Part shown: piece by piece, positions 25,696 through 38,632 of the stretch
Layout of the letters: each line of letters starts with the position of its first letter
Numbering within the stretch: position 1 is the stretch's first letter
NCBI RefSeq assembly: GCF_964194155.1
Contig: NC_135879.1
Span: 84,444,001 to 84,508,000, forward strand
DNA from: Cetorhinus maximus
Lineage: Eukaryota
Length of the DNA stretch: 64,000 bases
Direction of reading: 5' to 3'
The notes under the pieces: model-generated
The model's database searches: none
Told to the model about the DNA's origin: nothing
What the model saw: only the letters and a program-made list of their open reading frames with translations
Translations under genes and position numbers: made by a program

Positions 25696-26259
25696 TTTGG
25701 GAAGAAAAGCTTCCTGTCCTTATCTGGACTAGCCTATTTGTGACTCCAATGCAACTTATTCTTAACTTCTAACTTCAGTCATATCAAAACAGCAACCAAC
25801 AGTTTAAGAAGGTAGCCCAGTTTCAACTTTGCAGGGCAACTAGGGATGGACAATAAATGCCAGCCTTTCCAGCAACAGCAAGGTCTTGGAATGGTAGGCT
25901 GATCCTTAACACAACGTTCGGACAACTGAACGCATGGTATAAGAATACGTTTACAGATGTGTAGTGATATTTCTTTGATAACTCAGGGCTATTGTGTATT
26001 TGAAGAAATATCTTAATTGCCAATGTGAGAAAACATGTCAGGTCAGCACCCCTGATACTTTACCAGTGCAGCCATTTTCAATGTAGGTCACCCTCACAGG
26101 CAGTATATGTAACAATGGCAGGAAAGGTCTTGGGGGTAGATCTTGACTTGGTGTGATCGTTTAAAATAGCCAATAGGATATTGGTAGCCTATTTTACATC
26201 TTTCCCAACATTTATTTTCATTTAAGTCAATATTTATCACTGCAGCCGTTTTGCAGGAG

Positions 26260-27190
26260 CAAGGTCAGTTCGGCCAGAGCCACCCTGTTAAAAAGCAAAG
26301 CAGAGGGCTGAGTCTTTGCCTGGGACCAGGAAGCCCTGACCTACACATTTTTGTGGCTCACAAGCTGCACGCCTGTCCATGTGTGACATCACATGCCATT
26401 TTTGTCTTTTCACACCAGGATTAGGTTTACAGTGCAGTTTGCCAGTCATGCTGGAATATGTGAGGAGGATAGATGCAGAGATGGAATGGTTAGAAGGCCC
26501 ATCTCGAGTCTTCCACACAGTATCCCAACCATGAACAGTGTTTAAAGGCCCCCTACATCTCACCCCTCACCTCCCTCATGCCACTCCCCGCACCCCCCCT
26601 CCACACACACACACACACACATCCATGCTAGGCAATGCCTCCTCAGATTGCCAAGACTACCCCTATGCCCCCTATGTATCCTCCATACCCACTCACTCAA
26701 TATGCAGTCCTCAGACCCCATGCAATATCAATGGAAAATATTTTATAATCCTTGTGGGAAAAAAAAACCTCTAACCCTCTAAGAAAAACCTCCATATAAT
26801 TGATAATGAGAAAAATGCATTTTTTTCAGGTGGAAAAAAAAATCTTGTAATACTTGTGGTCTTATTACCTTGTATCATCAAGTCAGAAACCACATCAAAG
26901 GGACAATTTCTTATGACAAACTCTTTGAAACTGTCATTCATTCTCAGATGACTGGAATACCGACTGTGCTGAAACCCATTAGCACTTGAAACTCAGCCAA
27001 TCATTCAGAATGGCCACAGCTGTCCAAACAATAGACCACTGTGGAACGAAAGAATAGAAGGTTCTCATTTCAATTTCAGAGAAGAGTTCCTGTTAATCAA
27101 CTTAAAAGAGCTGGTGGTTAGAATCATTTTACAGTGTAGATTTTTCAAGTGCCATAATCAGATTTTATTCAATCAGCCATAGCCATTTAA
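26260..27190 (-). mobile_element. Internal fragment of the ~1.2 kb Harbinger-like family
   Basis: CCATGCC-rich tract plus ccacatcaaag...ctctttgaaactgt matching the 21784 element in reverse. Confidence 0.45.
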
Positions 27191-27512
27191 ATCACAGTAG
27201 AAAAAAATTCTGGCACAGGCTGACAGGACATTTTGCGACATTTTTCACTGCATTATGCTGCTTTCTCCATTGGAAAAGCACTGTAATGCATGTGAACAAA
27301 TACACAAAGCTAGTCAATGTAAGTGCCAACTTACCTTTACAAGACAGATCCTGATGATGAATCACTACATTAAAAACACATCTACATTACAATACAGCAC
27401 TTACTGACATCTGAAGGTGAGAAAACATTTCACACTTACCTTTCAGAATGTTCCAGACTGCTCAGCAGACTTTTGGTTTTCTTCACAAACTCTCAAATCT
27501 GGCGCACTTTCA

Positions 27513-27893
27513 ATGGGAGCTGCACTCATCCAGGCAAGTGGGGAATATTCCATCACAATTCTGACTTGTGCCTTGTAGATGATGAACAGGCTTTGGGGAA
27601 TCAGGAGGTGGGTTACCCATCGCATGATTCCTAGCCTCTGACCTGCTCTTGTAATCACATTATTTATATGGCTAGTCCAGTTCAGTTTCTGGTCAATGGT
27701 AACCCCCAGGATGTTGATAGTGGAGGATTCAGTGATGGTAATGTCATTGAACATCAAAGGACGATGGTTGGATTCTCTCTTGTTGGAGATGGTCATTGCC
27801 TGGCACTTGTGAGGGGTGAATGTTACTTGCCACTTGTCAGCCCAAGTCTGGATTTTGAACAGATCTTCCTACATTTGGACACTGACTGCTTCA
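27513..27893 (-). mobile_element. Fragment of the second LINE family (CR1/L2 group)
   Basis: ORF 27443-27796 ILGVTIDQKLNWTSHIN...YKAQVR..MEYSPLAW; homologous to 55430-55810. Confidence 0.9.
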
Positions 27894-28277
27894 GTTGCAG
27901 CAAGTCCTGGGCAATGGGGGGACCATAGGGGGCCATAGTGGGTAAGAGGGGCCATGGGGGTTGATGGGGGGCATGAGGTGGCATAGGTATGTATGGATGG
28001 GACATGGGAGTTTGTGGCTGGAGAGCTGTTTTTGTTTTCACCTATTTTTTAAATAACTTAAACAAAGTGCCAGAGCACAGAGGCAGGCCTTCCACTCAGC
28101 CTGCCTCTGTATCCGGCAGTCTCTGCACTTATTCTGGGGGTGGCGGGCCTGACTTCCAATCCAGCCTGCCCACAGAACGCAAGTCCCAGTTGCGGCCAGA
28201 CATTTTTAAAAGGTAAGGTTGCAGAGCCAGGAATTCTCTCATCTCTACGCAACTGACCGGGAGCAAAAATCTGGGCC
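27894..28277 (+). mobile_element. Right end of Harbinger-like non-autonomous family
   Basis: GGCATG-rich tract, aacaaagtgccagag...gaggcaggcctt and terminus aaaaatctgggcc. Confidence 0.55.
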
Positions 28278-28550
28278 TGAGGTTCCATCTGTCCCCACAT
28301 GTGGATGTAAAAGTTGCCATGCCACTGTTTTGAGGAAAAGTCCCTCCAGTTGCCCTCAACCATCATCACAATAAACTAAAACAGATTATCTGTTCATGAT
28401 CATATAGCTGTTTATGGGACCTTGCTGTGCCTAAATTAGCTGCTGCATTTCCTACATTACAATAATGACTAATTCAAAAGTATTTCATTGACTGCTTGGA
28501 GCTTTGGGGCATCATGAAAGCTATTATGTAAATCAAGTCTGTCTTTCTTC
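28278..28550 (+). mobile_element. Deu-domain SINE 3' half
   Basis: aaacagattatctg...gggaccttgctgtgcctaaattagctgctgcatttcctacattacaa... and L2-like tail. Confidence 0.7.
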
Positions 28551-28631
28551 TTTTATGACACTGGCTATTTATTTGGCTAAGACAACAGTTTGTTCCAGGA
28601 TACAGGTGTCACTGTAACTGCCACAGAGACA

Positions 28632-29002
28632 ATACAAACATATGAATTAGGAGCAGGAGTAGGCCACTCGGCCCCTCACACCTGCTCCGACATCCAATAA
28701 GATTATGGCTGATCTGAATTTAACCTCAACTTCACATTCCTGCCTACCCCTGATAGCCTTTCACCCCCCCTTGCTTATCAAGAATTTATCTACCTCTGCC
28801 TTAAAGATATTCAAAGACTCTGCCTCAACCACCTTTTGAGGAAGAGAATTCCAAAATCTCGCAACCATTTGAGAGAGAAAAAAAGTTCCTCACCTCTGTC
28901 CTAAATTACCTCTTATTTTGAAACAGTGACCCCGAGTTCTAGATGCTTCCACAAAAGGAAACATCCTTTCTACATCCACCCTGTCAAGAGCCCTCAGGAT
29001 CT
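28632..29002 (-). mobile_element. CR1 LINE 3' end
   Basis: taggagcaggagtaggccactcggcccctc 3'UTR; translates to KILRALDRVDVERMFP. Confidence 0.88.
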
Positions 29003-29004
29003 TA

Positions 29005-29125
29005 TGGCCAGAATTTTGACCTTGATGGGCGGGCGGGACCCACCGGCTCAGCGGCGGACGGGCAGCCGAACTCTGCCGCCAAAACGGAGCCGGCCGCCAT
29101 TTTACATGGGCACTCACCACAATTG
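29005..29125. mobile_element. GC-rich terminal fragment of a MITE related to the multi-hairpin family
   Basis: ggccagaatttt terminus and gccgccattttacatgggc shared with 24763-24870. Confidence 0.6.
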
Positions 29126-32100
29126 AAGATAGCAGATCTGCATGTCAGCCAGACCTGAGCCTGTGACTTGCAAGCTATATATTGTGAACTAAGCACTATT
29201 ACTGCTCTGCTAGCACTATCTGCCTCATTTAGTGCTTTACTTAACTTCTCACGTTTCTGCACATATTAGTTTGTTGTTAATATCTAATCCATTAGCTGAA
29301 CATAAACTATGAAGAGAGCCCAATATTCTACTTCACATCTTTGAGACTCCAACAATAATTGTTATTTTTGAAACAGGCTAAGAAAAATGACACAATTCAT
29401 TTGGCACATTAGTAGGAAAACTGGCATTTTAAAATTACTGAAATGTCTCAGCACTTAGGCTGGTAATAGCTTTAGTTCATTTTAAGTAGTTCTTCAGAGC
29501 AGGAAATATAAAATGCGTGTTTGAGTTGCCTGCTTTTCTGATGCTGCACCTGAATATGTCATGCAGCACCTTGCATGACAGGATGTAAAACATAACTTTT
29601 TTGGAGACATGAAAGTTCTCTTAATATCACTTCCACTTTCGCTCTGTGCTAGAAGGAATTTTTTTACAGATTTCTGCTCTCTGGCAGAAAAAAATCTTAT
29701 TGCATTTACAGAAAAGTTGTAATTATTTAAGTTAACTAAACCAAGAGTTTGGAAGTAGAACAACAATAGATATTCTATATCACGTGGACTGTCTGTAAGC
29801 AACAGAATCTTTGGATACACGCATTTGATTGAATGAGGACGTGCGCTTTTCATGGAAACAACTTCTGATGAATGAATTTTACAGTCAAGAAATTAGTAAT
29901 TGCAAAGTGACCTCTTTGCAGTCGGATGTTGTTAAATGGTAAGTTTCAAATTTCTCCCCCACTTTGGTTTAACTACTGGTGAATCATCTTTGTAGAGTTC
30001 TCACCACATAGTATGCTGTTGCCTATGTCTTCTTGAAAGTAAGTTCTGCTAAAGTTCAACAGAAGAGAGTTAAGCTCATGATCACAGCTGTTTCTCTGAA
30101 AATATTTGAAACCATGGGTGAAGCTCCAAAATGAAACAAATGGAAAAACAATTTCCTGTTATTAATGACTATTGAAGAAATCACATTCTCAGAAATCTTA
30201 CGCTTGAAAGCTATGCATTCCAGCACTATAATTGGCTGGTCATTAATTATGGTTACAGCAGAAATTCAGGGGTTTTTTTTGTTAAAAGAGGAATTTCTGG
30301 TCCCATGTTTGGCATTGATAGTGAAAACCTTATCCTTGATTTTTTAATCGCATTGTCCTGAATGTGTTCTCCTGCCATTCAGCCTCACTCATTTGGAAAA
30401 TGTGGGGAGTGTGCTCATAATTTCTTGATATGGTGAGGCTATGTTGCGAAAATGCTTTAAAAAATTGTTCACCTTGTGCATACATCCATGTTAGTATTTT
30501 CGACACCAAGCTGAAACTGCAGATATCATATAGGGTACATCCCAGGTCATCTGTAAGTCTGCAGTCTGATTCTTACTCAGTTTTCACTGGCAAACAAGCA
30601 CCTGCATTGGATTTAGTATTTTATGTTAAAAATACGGTGTGCTGTGATTTAGTGTTTAGGTCTGTTACTCTCCTGCATCTACTGAGTACGTGCTTTAATG
30701 GTAAATCACAAAATAAGGGTTAGCTTTATTACTGTGACATCAAAGATAGAAAATGGAGTTTTTGAGCCTTTTAAAGCAATACTTTTGCTTAGATTGAAGA
30801 ATTTTCAGGTTACCTCAGTTCCTGGAACACGCTACTTGGTCATTTCCACTGCGATGTCTTAACACCAGCAAAATCATGTTGCTAATACTCCTTACCTGCT
30901 GCATTGCAAACTTTTAATTTCAATTAATTTAATGTTACCACAGGCATTGCCTCAAGAATAAGAACATTTTTTTATAACACTTAGCAGGGTATGTTTAATG
31001 ATTCATTTAAATGTAGCTCAAGCAAAATAAAGAGCACAGATTCTAGGATTCTCATGCTGTGACCAAATGGCATTCATTACAGGTCGTCCAGATGACAGGA
31101 AGGCCACAAGAGTGTGTATAAAAGCAAATGACAGCAAAACAACACGCTTGATCTTGTGACTTCAAAATAAATGCATGTCATAAGAGAAGTCAGAATATTG
31201 GCAAAGTCATAAGTTGTTAACTTTGAAAAATTTATAGAGAACCAGTATTCATAAAAAGTTTTCATGCAAAAACTTCGGAAGCAAATAATGCAGTGCCATG
31301 ACACAAATTATGTTGAAGCATGTTATTGTGTGCAAAAATAGGGCTCATGCAATTGTGAGTAATATATTAGCATAAATTGAGGTTTAGTTAATGGACAGAA
31401 AACAGAGACTAGGGGAGGAATTTTACAGCTCCCAACCAGGTTTGAACGTTGGATCCAGTTGAATGCAGCACGTGGCATTTGTTTTGATAAATATTAGGCT
31501 CTCTAACCTGCCCGCTGCCTATCTGCCCTCCCCCAATCTGTCTCCCAATTTGCAGGGGGCAGTGGAGGCATCAAGCCAATTAATGGCCCCTTAAGTTCCT
31601 CGTCTCACTGCCGTCTCTGTTTATCCCACGGCAGGGGGAGGCCCGTACCAGGTGGATAGCCCAGAACATTTTCTGGTGTTTGATGGGTGGGTGAGATCTG
31701 AATCTGAAGGCACATGTTTTCCATTTGCTGCCGACTTAATCGCAAGGGTACGATTTTATCTGATGACCATGTGTTTCAATAAGTATGTGTGACATGGTAA
31801 TCCTTTAAAAATAGGTTCCTGCCTATTTGCTTTTAATCCACTACCAATGTATTTCCCAACTTTCATCCGGCCATCTAGAAACTGGCATTTTACCTCATAC
31901 ACAATTAATTGCACCCCTCCACCTTATTTCCCACTCCTGAGAGCTTCATTAGATTCTGCCTGTCTTCTCAGCAAAGCCCTGTACAACTGCAGCAAACTTC
32001 CACACTCTTGTACTCCAAACCTCTACCTATAAAGAGCAACATACCACTTGTCTTTATAATTGCTTATGGTATCTGCAAGTTAACTTTCTGTGATTTGCGT

Positions 32101-32149
32101 GAAGGGCAAACCAATCCACCTGCATTTCCACAAATTACATTGTTACTAT

Positions 32150-32628
32150 AGTCCTTATTGTTTCCGTATAGGATGTGTACTGGGTGATTGGGCATGGAAC
32201 ATCTATGAATTGGCATGGAGGGTATGAGGGACCATTGGGGGTGGGTGGGGGCATGGGTTGGCATGGAGTATATGGGGTCGTTGGGGGTATGCGGGGAGCA
32301 TGGATTGGAATGCGTTGGCAGGGGTGGAGCATGGGGTACATGGGGGTGATGGTGAGGGGGTGAGAGGAGTGAGTACTAAAGGGCCTAATATTAAACAAAA
32401 CAACTGGGACAAAGTCCCAGAGAACCGAGGTGAGCCTTTTCAACAGCTCACCTTGCAACATGGCAGCCCCTTTGGCCACCTCTGCTCTGTATCCTGCCTC
32501 ATTCCATCCTGCAACCACCCCCTGGAGCGAAAATTGCGCCATTCGGGGCAATTTTTCCCAAGGTGGGTGCACTGAGCTGGGGCATTTCCTGACTCATGCT
32601 GCTCACCTAGATGGTGAAAACCCTGCCC
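32150..32628 (+). mobile_element. Right end of Harbinger-like non-autonomous family
   Basis: GGCATGG-rich tract, acaaagtcccagagaaccgaggtgagcctttcaa and terminus gaaaaccctgccc. Confidence 0.55.
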
Positions 32629-33206
32629 AACATTTCAGGTCAATGACTTTTCATCAAAACTGGTAAAAGTTAGAGATAGCGGGTTGCATGTGATGGGCAG
32701 GGGGTGGGCAGGCCCAGTCTGCTGGGGGGATGCTTGATGGTGATGGAAGGACAGCTCTAGGTTGACAGGCAGTTGGTCAATGATGATGATGGGTGGCTTG
32801 GGGTCACAGAATGCAGGCCTAGGGGAGGGCCGAAGGTGATGGACGGAAGGTCAAAGGTGACTGAGGGTGGGTGCAAGGTGATGGCTTGCAGCTCCAGAGA
32901 TGCAAATGTGGCAGTTGGGGAGGGGAATGGCAGCAGTTCAAGCTCAAAAGCCTCCTCCCAGACAGCCAGGATGATGCAGCTGGTTTACAGGGAGTGGATG
33001 CCTGTCCGGGTGCTGTTTAAGTATGACATTTCGACCACCACGAGGTAACGATGGGGTCAGCAACTTCATGCCCACTCTGCTGAATAATTGGCTGGCCCCC
33101 TCAACTGTACATAGGTAATTGGCTGGCCATTGCCTGATTGTGCTGCTGCAATAAGGTTCCGTTCCACATCTGCAGTGCAATGTGCAGTGCTATGATGCCC
33201 AGCTGA

Positions 33207-36200
33207 TGTTACCACTGGACAAGCCTGATGCCAGAGTGGAACCCAGCTTGATAGATCCTAAGTTTTAATTTGTTCGTTTAGATATGTGGAGAGGGGCTAC
33301 TGAACAGAGTCACCGGAGTCAGCTAAGAAACTTTTAACATAAGCATAAAACATTTATTAAACAAGAAAAGATGAACTAACATTACAATACTCCTTCACCC
33401 ACAACTATACCTTTACAGGTATATACACATTTTGGAAGGTTAACACAAGTTACAAAAACTATCTTATAATTGAATGTTCAGAATAAGTTCACCATGTGTA
33501 AGGCGGCTTGTGGTCAGACACACTACACTCTGAAGGCAAGTGACAGATGCCACCTCAACTAGATGCTATGGATCTCTCTTCAGCTCCCCCCAGATGCTTG
33601 ACACACTGTGAGCAAACTGGTCTCATTGCGCTCCGTCTTTCACATGAGGATTTTCAATCTCCACTCTCCAAGACCTTGCCTTTGAATCTTCTCCCAAACC
33701 GATGCTTTCTCTTAGACTCCATCCACAAGGGTTTACCTCCAGGGTTTCGAACTCTCCTTCCAATGTTCCTCTCCCCTGGGTCACCACATGCATTCAAGCT
33801 GTCTTCCATGCATTCTCTCTCACTGACTCAGCCATAAACAATACACCACTGCTTCACATGCCCATAGCAAAGAGTTATAGACCTTCAGCTGTCTCTTTGG
33901 ACCTTCTTGCCTCTTGCAAGCTGTTTTCGCTTTAAATCTGCTTTCTGCAGCTTTTGTCTCTTAAAATCAGCACCAGGCATTCCTAAAAATGAGGTGTCAA
34001 CCTGGTCAAGCTACAACACAGGAATACTTGCATGACAAACAGCATTAGCAGCAAGTGATAGACAGAGCTAATTGATCCCACAACCAACGGATCAGATCTA
34101 AGCTCTGCAGCCCTGCCACATCCAGTCATGAATGGTGGTGGACGATTAAACAACTCACTGGGTGAGGAGGCTCCACAAATGTCCCGATCCTCAATGATGG
34201 AGGAGCCCAGCACACCAGTGCAAAAGATAAGGCTGAAGCATTTGCTACAATCTTCAGCCAGAAGTGCTGAGTGGATGATCCATCTTGACCTCCTCCAGAG
34301 GTCCCCACCATCACAGATGCCATTCTTCAGCCAATTCGATTCACTCCACATGATATCAAGAAATGGCTGAAGGCACTGGATACTGCAAAGGCTACTGTCC
34401 CTGACAATATTCTGGCAATAGTACTGATAACTTGTGCTCCAGAACTTGCCGCACCCTAGCCAAGCTGTTCCAGTACAACTGCTGGCATCTACCCAGCTAT
34501 GTGGCAAATTTCCCAGGTATGTACTATACACAAAAAGCAGGACAAATCCAACCCGGCCAGTAAAGTAATGGAAGGGATCATCAACAGTGCTATCAAGCAG
34601 CACTTGCTTAGCAATCTGATCACTGATGCCCAGTTTGGGTTCCGCCTGGGCCACGCAGCTCCTGACCTCGTTACAGCCTTGGTTCAAACATGGACAAAAG
34701 AGCTGAACTCCCAAGGTGAGGTGATAGTGACTGCCCTTGACATCAAGGCAGCATTTGATCGAGTGTGGCATCAAGGAGCCCTGGCAAAACTGGAGTCATT
34801 GGGAATCAAGGGAAAACCCTCTGCTGGTTGGAGTCATACCTAGCACAAAGGAAGATGGTTGTTCTTATTAGAGGTCAGTCATCTCAGCTCCAGGACATCA
34901 CTATAGGAGTTCCTCAAGGTAGTGCCTCGGCCCAATCATCTTCAGCTGTTTCATCAATGACCTTCCTTCCATCATAAGGTCAGAAGTGGGGAGATTCGCT
35001 GATGATTGCACAATGTTCAGCACCATCCGTGACTCCTCAGGTACTGAAGAACAGTCCATGTCCAAATGCATCAAGGCCTGTACAATATTCAGGATTGGGC
35101 TGATAAGTGGCAAGTAATATATGCTCCACACAAGTGTCAGGCAATGACCATCTCCAACAAGAGAGAATCCAACCATTGCCCCTTGATGTTCAATGGCATT
35201 ATCATCACTGAATCCCCACTATCAACATCCTGGGGGTTACCATTGACCAGAAACTGAACTGTACTAGCCATATAAATACTGTGGCTACAAGAGCAGGTCA
35301 GAGGCTAGGAATTGTGCAATGAATAACTCAACTCCTGACTCCCCAAAGCCTGTCCACCATCTACAAGGTACAAATCAAGAGTGTGATGGAAGGCTGCCCA
35401 CTTGCCTGGATGAGTGCAGCTCCTACAACACTCCTGAAGCTTGACACCATCCAGGACAAAACAGCCCACTTGATTGGCACCACATCCACAAATATTCAAT
35501 CCCTCTGCCACCGGGTGGCAGTAACAGCAGTGTGTACCATCTACAAGATGCACTGTAGGAATTCACCAAGGCTCATTCGACAGCACCTTCCAAACCCACA
35601 ACTACTACTATCTATAAGGACAAGGGCAGCAGATGGAGGCAACATCCAGGTGGTGGTGTTCTCATCTAAGTCACTCACCATCCTGACTTGGAAATATATC
35701 GCCATTCCTTCTTTGTCTCTGGGTCAAAATCCTGGAACTCCCTTCCTAACAGAACTGTGGGTGTACCTACACCACATGGACTGCAGTGGTTCAAGAAGGC
35801 AGCTCACCACCACCTTCTCGAGGGCAACTAGGGATGCGCAATAAAAATGCTGGCCTAGCCAGTGAAGCCCACATCCTTTGAATGTTTTTTTTAAAATTGA
35901 AGCTTGGATCCTTTCTCTCTACGTCTCACTCTTAACATTACTTAACAGGACCTTATCCAGATTCCTGTCCTTCCTTTGTCTAGAAGGTTTGCTTGGGACT
36001 TTCTCCTGTTCCACTCCCCTGGATTTTATGGTCTTTTCTTTATCTTGGGACTAGCTATCTGTCCCCTTTGCTCCTTTCTCTCCTGGCAGCTACTTTCAAA
36101 ACCAACTGAACTCAAACAGCTTTCAAAATAAACTGTTGTTTCTAGTTTCTTCTTCTGTGTGTCTGTGAGAGAGACCTGCCTGTCTGGACCCCTTTTGCCA

Positions 36201-36425
36201 GGCAACAGCCCAGTTTCTCTACTCTTGTTTAACTTAGCTGCAACAGTCATAAAATTCTCATTAGAAATGCAGGCACCTTTTAAAGTGAAACTAAAACTCA
36301 ATTTGACCTTTTCTTAACACACAAATACAGAAATACAAATCAAACTTAAGCATTAAAGCTAAAACTCATTCCTAACACCCACAAATACAAATATAACTTA
36401 CTTAAACTATTTCTATTTCCTAACT
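33207..36425. mobile_element. LTR-like element (~1.3 kb) split by a LINE
   Basis: Starts TGTTAC, ends CCTAAC(T); 33845-33960 plus 35898-36290 are colinear with the uninterrupted 46420-46900. Confidence 0.6.
33968..35890 (+). mobile_element. LINE of second family (CR1/L2 group), 5'-truncated, degenerate RT
   Basis: ALDIKAAFDRVWHQGALAKL, GVPQGS, FADD; TSD TTAAAAT at 33961-33967 and 35891-35897. Confidence 0.9.
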
Positions 36426-36850
36426 GCAGTTTGGTCTCCATACCTAAGGAACTTGTCTTAGAGATGGTACAGCAGAGGTTCACTAGGTTGATTCATGGTG
36501 TGAGGGTTATCCTAATTGAGGAAGGATTGAGTAGAATGGGGCTACATTCTCTGGAGTTTAGAAGAATGAGGGGTGATCTCATTGATTCTGAGCGAGCTAG
36601 ATCTGAGAGGATGTTTCCCTTGGATAGGGTGTCTAGAGCTAGGGGGCATAGTCTCAGGAGGTTGAAAATTTAGGAGTGAGGGGAGAAGAAATTTCTTCAT
36701 TCAGAGAGTTGTGAACCAGAGGACTGAATGTTCAGTCATTAAATATGTTCAAGAGTGAGATCAATAGAGTTTTGGACTTCAAGGGAATCAAAGTGGAGAT
36801 AGGGAAATTGGAGTTGAATTAGAAGATCAGCCATGATCTTATTGAGTGGT
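36426..36850 (+). mobile_element. Old CR1 3' fragment
   Basis: ORF 36431-36673 VQQRFTRLI..GLHSLEFRRMRGDLI. Confidence 0.85.
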
Positions 36851-36854
36851 TAAA

Positions 36855-37052
36855 TGCCCTTGTTCAGAGGGCATTTAAGAGTCAACTACATTTCTGTGGA
36901 TCTGAAGACACTATTTGGGCCAGACCAGGTAAGGACAGAAGATTTTCTTCCCTAAAGGACATTAGTGAATCAGACAGGTTTTTACAACAATCGGTTTCAA
37001 GTCATCACCAGACTTTTAATTCTGGATTTTTATTGAGTTCAAATTTAACCAC
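36855..37052 (-). mobile_element. SINE fragment (same family as 47787-48094)
   Basis: tgcccttgttcagagggcatttaagagtcaac...ggacattagtgaa nearly identical to 47851-47950. Confidence 0.8.
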
Positions 37053-37399
37053 TAAACTTTACAGCAAATGAGGTGGAAGTGCTGTGGTGATCATGAGGCC
37101 TGGCACTTCACCCTTCCACCAACCCAACAACACCCCAGCAAATGTGAAGCCAATAGCCTTGATGAAGGGATTTTGTGTTGCCTAATATCATTCAGTGCCC
37201 CTCTCACCTTCATGTAAATGAAAGAATGAGCTAATAAACTTAATTTTATATAGCTTCTTTCAAAACCTCTATGGTGTCCCAAAGCCCTGCACCATCATTG
37301 GAGTTCTTATTGAAGTGTAGTCACATGTTGAAATGTAGTAAAACACGACAGCCAATTTGCTGACTGCATCATCAAAATAATCAAACTGACAACTCAAAT

Positions 37400-38632
37400 C
37401 TTCTTATAGTGTCCACGGACAGTCTATACATGGCCCAGCCAGAACTGGACACATTTTTGCACCTTGTTGTTGAAATCGGCAAGTTCTGCAACAGTGCAGG
37501 GTTCCTCTAGTGATAGGCATTGCAGGAGATGTTGCATAGTCTGTGGCTCAGTTCCACATTCACAAGTTGTTGGGCAGGTTGTATATCCCCGTTTGCTTAG
37601 CGACACCTTTGAAAGACCTACACAAGTCCTAAGTCTGTTAAGGCACTTCCAGGTTGCCCAGTTGCAATTAGCTCCTGGGAGAAGGCTTTCATCTGGTAGA
37701 ATTTCCATCGCTGGGGGTTGTTCGAGACTGGCGAGCCGGTCTTTCCACAAAGCGATGCGGGCTTCAGATGGGGTTGATTGTAATGGAACAACACTGTTCA
37801 TGAAGCTCTTCCTTGACTTTAGGCAGCTGGGTGTATGTGTATGACCATGTAGAGGGTGCCTCTCATCTGATGTTTGACGGAGTTGCTCTTTCTTGCTGGC
37901 TACCGTTCTTCTTATATCGGGGGGAGCGATACCCACCAGAGTATATAGGCTGTTGGTGTTTGTTGGTTTTAAACAACCTGTGATAAGTCGGCAGCCTGCA
38001 TTCAGAACGGCATCCATCTTCTTAGCATGAGTAGATCTTTCCCATGCAGCGCAGGCGTATTCGGCAGTGGAATAGCAAAGAGCAAGTGCACTGCTTCGCA
38101 TTGTTTTCGAGCTTGCTCCCCATTTTGTGTTAGTGAGCTTATTCAGGATGTTGTTTCGTGCACTCACTTTTGCCTTTGTCTTTTCGATGTGGTTCCTGAA
38201 GGTGAGGCATCTGTCAAGGGTGACTCCTAAGTAGATAGGGTACTTGCAATGCGTCAGTGTTGCTCCACACCAGGTTACTTTAAGCTGGTGTTTGGCTTCA
38301 CGGTTTCTGAGGTGGAATGCACAAACTTGCGTCTTTGATGGGTTTGCGCGAAGGTGGTTTTCTTCATAGTAGGATGTTAGTCCCTCCAAGGCCTCAGAAA
38401 GCATTTTCTCCACGGTGTTCAAATCAGTGCTTTGGGCAGTGACATGTAAGCCATCAGCATATATAAAACAGCATGTGACACCGTCTATAGGTTGGTCATT
38501 CGTGTAGATGTTGTACAGCAGCAATGCAAGCATGCTTCCCTGAGGAAGACCATTCTTCTGAATACACCACCTGCTGCACTTCCCACCTAGTTCAACATAG
38601 AACCGGCAATTCATGCACAGCAAGTAGTGTAT
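37400..38632 (-). mobile_element. Vingi/Ingi-related (I group) non-LTR retrotransposon, 5'-truncated
   Basis: 11-bp TSD ACAACTCAAAT at 37389-37399 and 38633-38643; very short 3'UTR ending AAGAAG. Confidence 0.85.
37424..38632 (-). CDS. C-terminal half of RT polyprotein (RT, thumb, C-terminal Zn-finger-like motif), uninterrupted ~400 codons; no authentic start
   Basis: NGLPQGS, YADG (YADD expected), NPSKTQVCAFHLRNREA, YLGVTLDR, WGAS, ALCYSTAEYAC, CECG..QTMQHLLQC; no RNase H domain seen. Confidence 0.8.
   Translation of the reverse strand: MHYLLCMNCRFYVELGGKCSRWCIQKNGLPQGSMLALLLYNIYTNDQPIDGVTCCFIYADGLHVTAQSTDLNTVEKMLSEALEGLTSYYEENHLRANPSKTQVCAFHLRNREAKHQLKVTWCGATLTHCKYPIYLGVTLDRCLTFRNHIEKTKAKVSARNNILNKLTNTKWGASSKTMRSSALALCYSTAEYACAAWERSTHAKKMDAVLNAGCRLITGCLKPTNTNSLYTLVGIAPPDIRRTVASKKEQLRQTSDERHPLHGHTHTPSCLKSRKSFMNSVVPLQSTPSEARIALWKDRLASLEQPPAMEILPDESLLPGANCNWATWKCLNRLRTCVGLSKVSLSKRGYTTCPTTCECGTEPQTMQHLLQCLSLEEPCTVAELADFNNKVQKCVQFWLGHV

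Larger units (their letters stand above)
24410..25893 (+). mobile_element. Old tRNA-derived SINE (pieces ~24410-24603 and 25696-25893) interrupted by a Penelope-like insert
   Basis: Similar to the 47787-48094 SINE; tail agggcaactagggatggacaataaatgccagcct. Confidence 0.65.

Noticed and set aside
27433-27512. Minus-strand exon ending AAG|GTAAGT
   Set aside because: No good acceptor, stops in the longer frames, and it abuts a LINE fragment.
29494-29853. 119-aa ORF in unique sequence
   Set aside because: No recognisable domain or supporting gene structure; length is compatible with chance.
33983-34774. 263-aa minus-strand ORF as a novel gene
   Set aside because: Antisense frame of the LINE RT region; no independent protein features.
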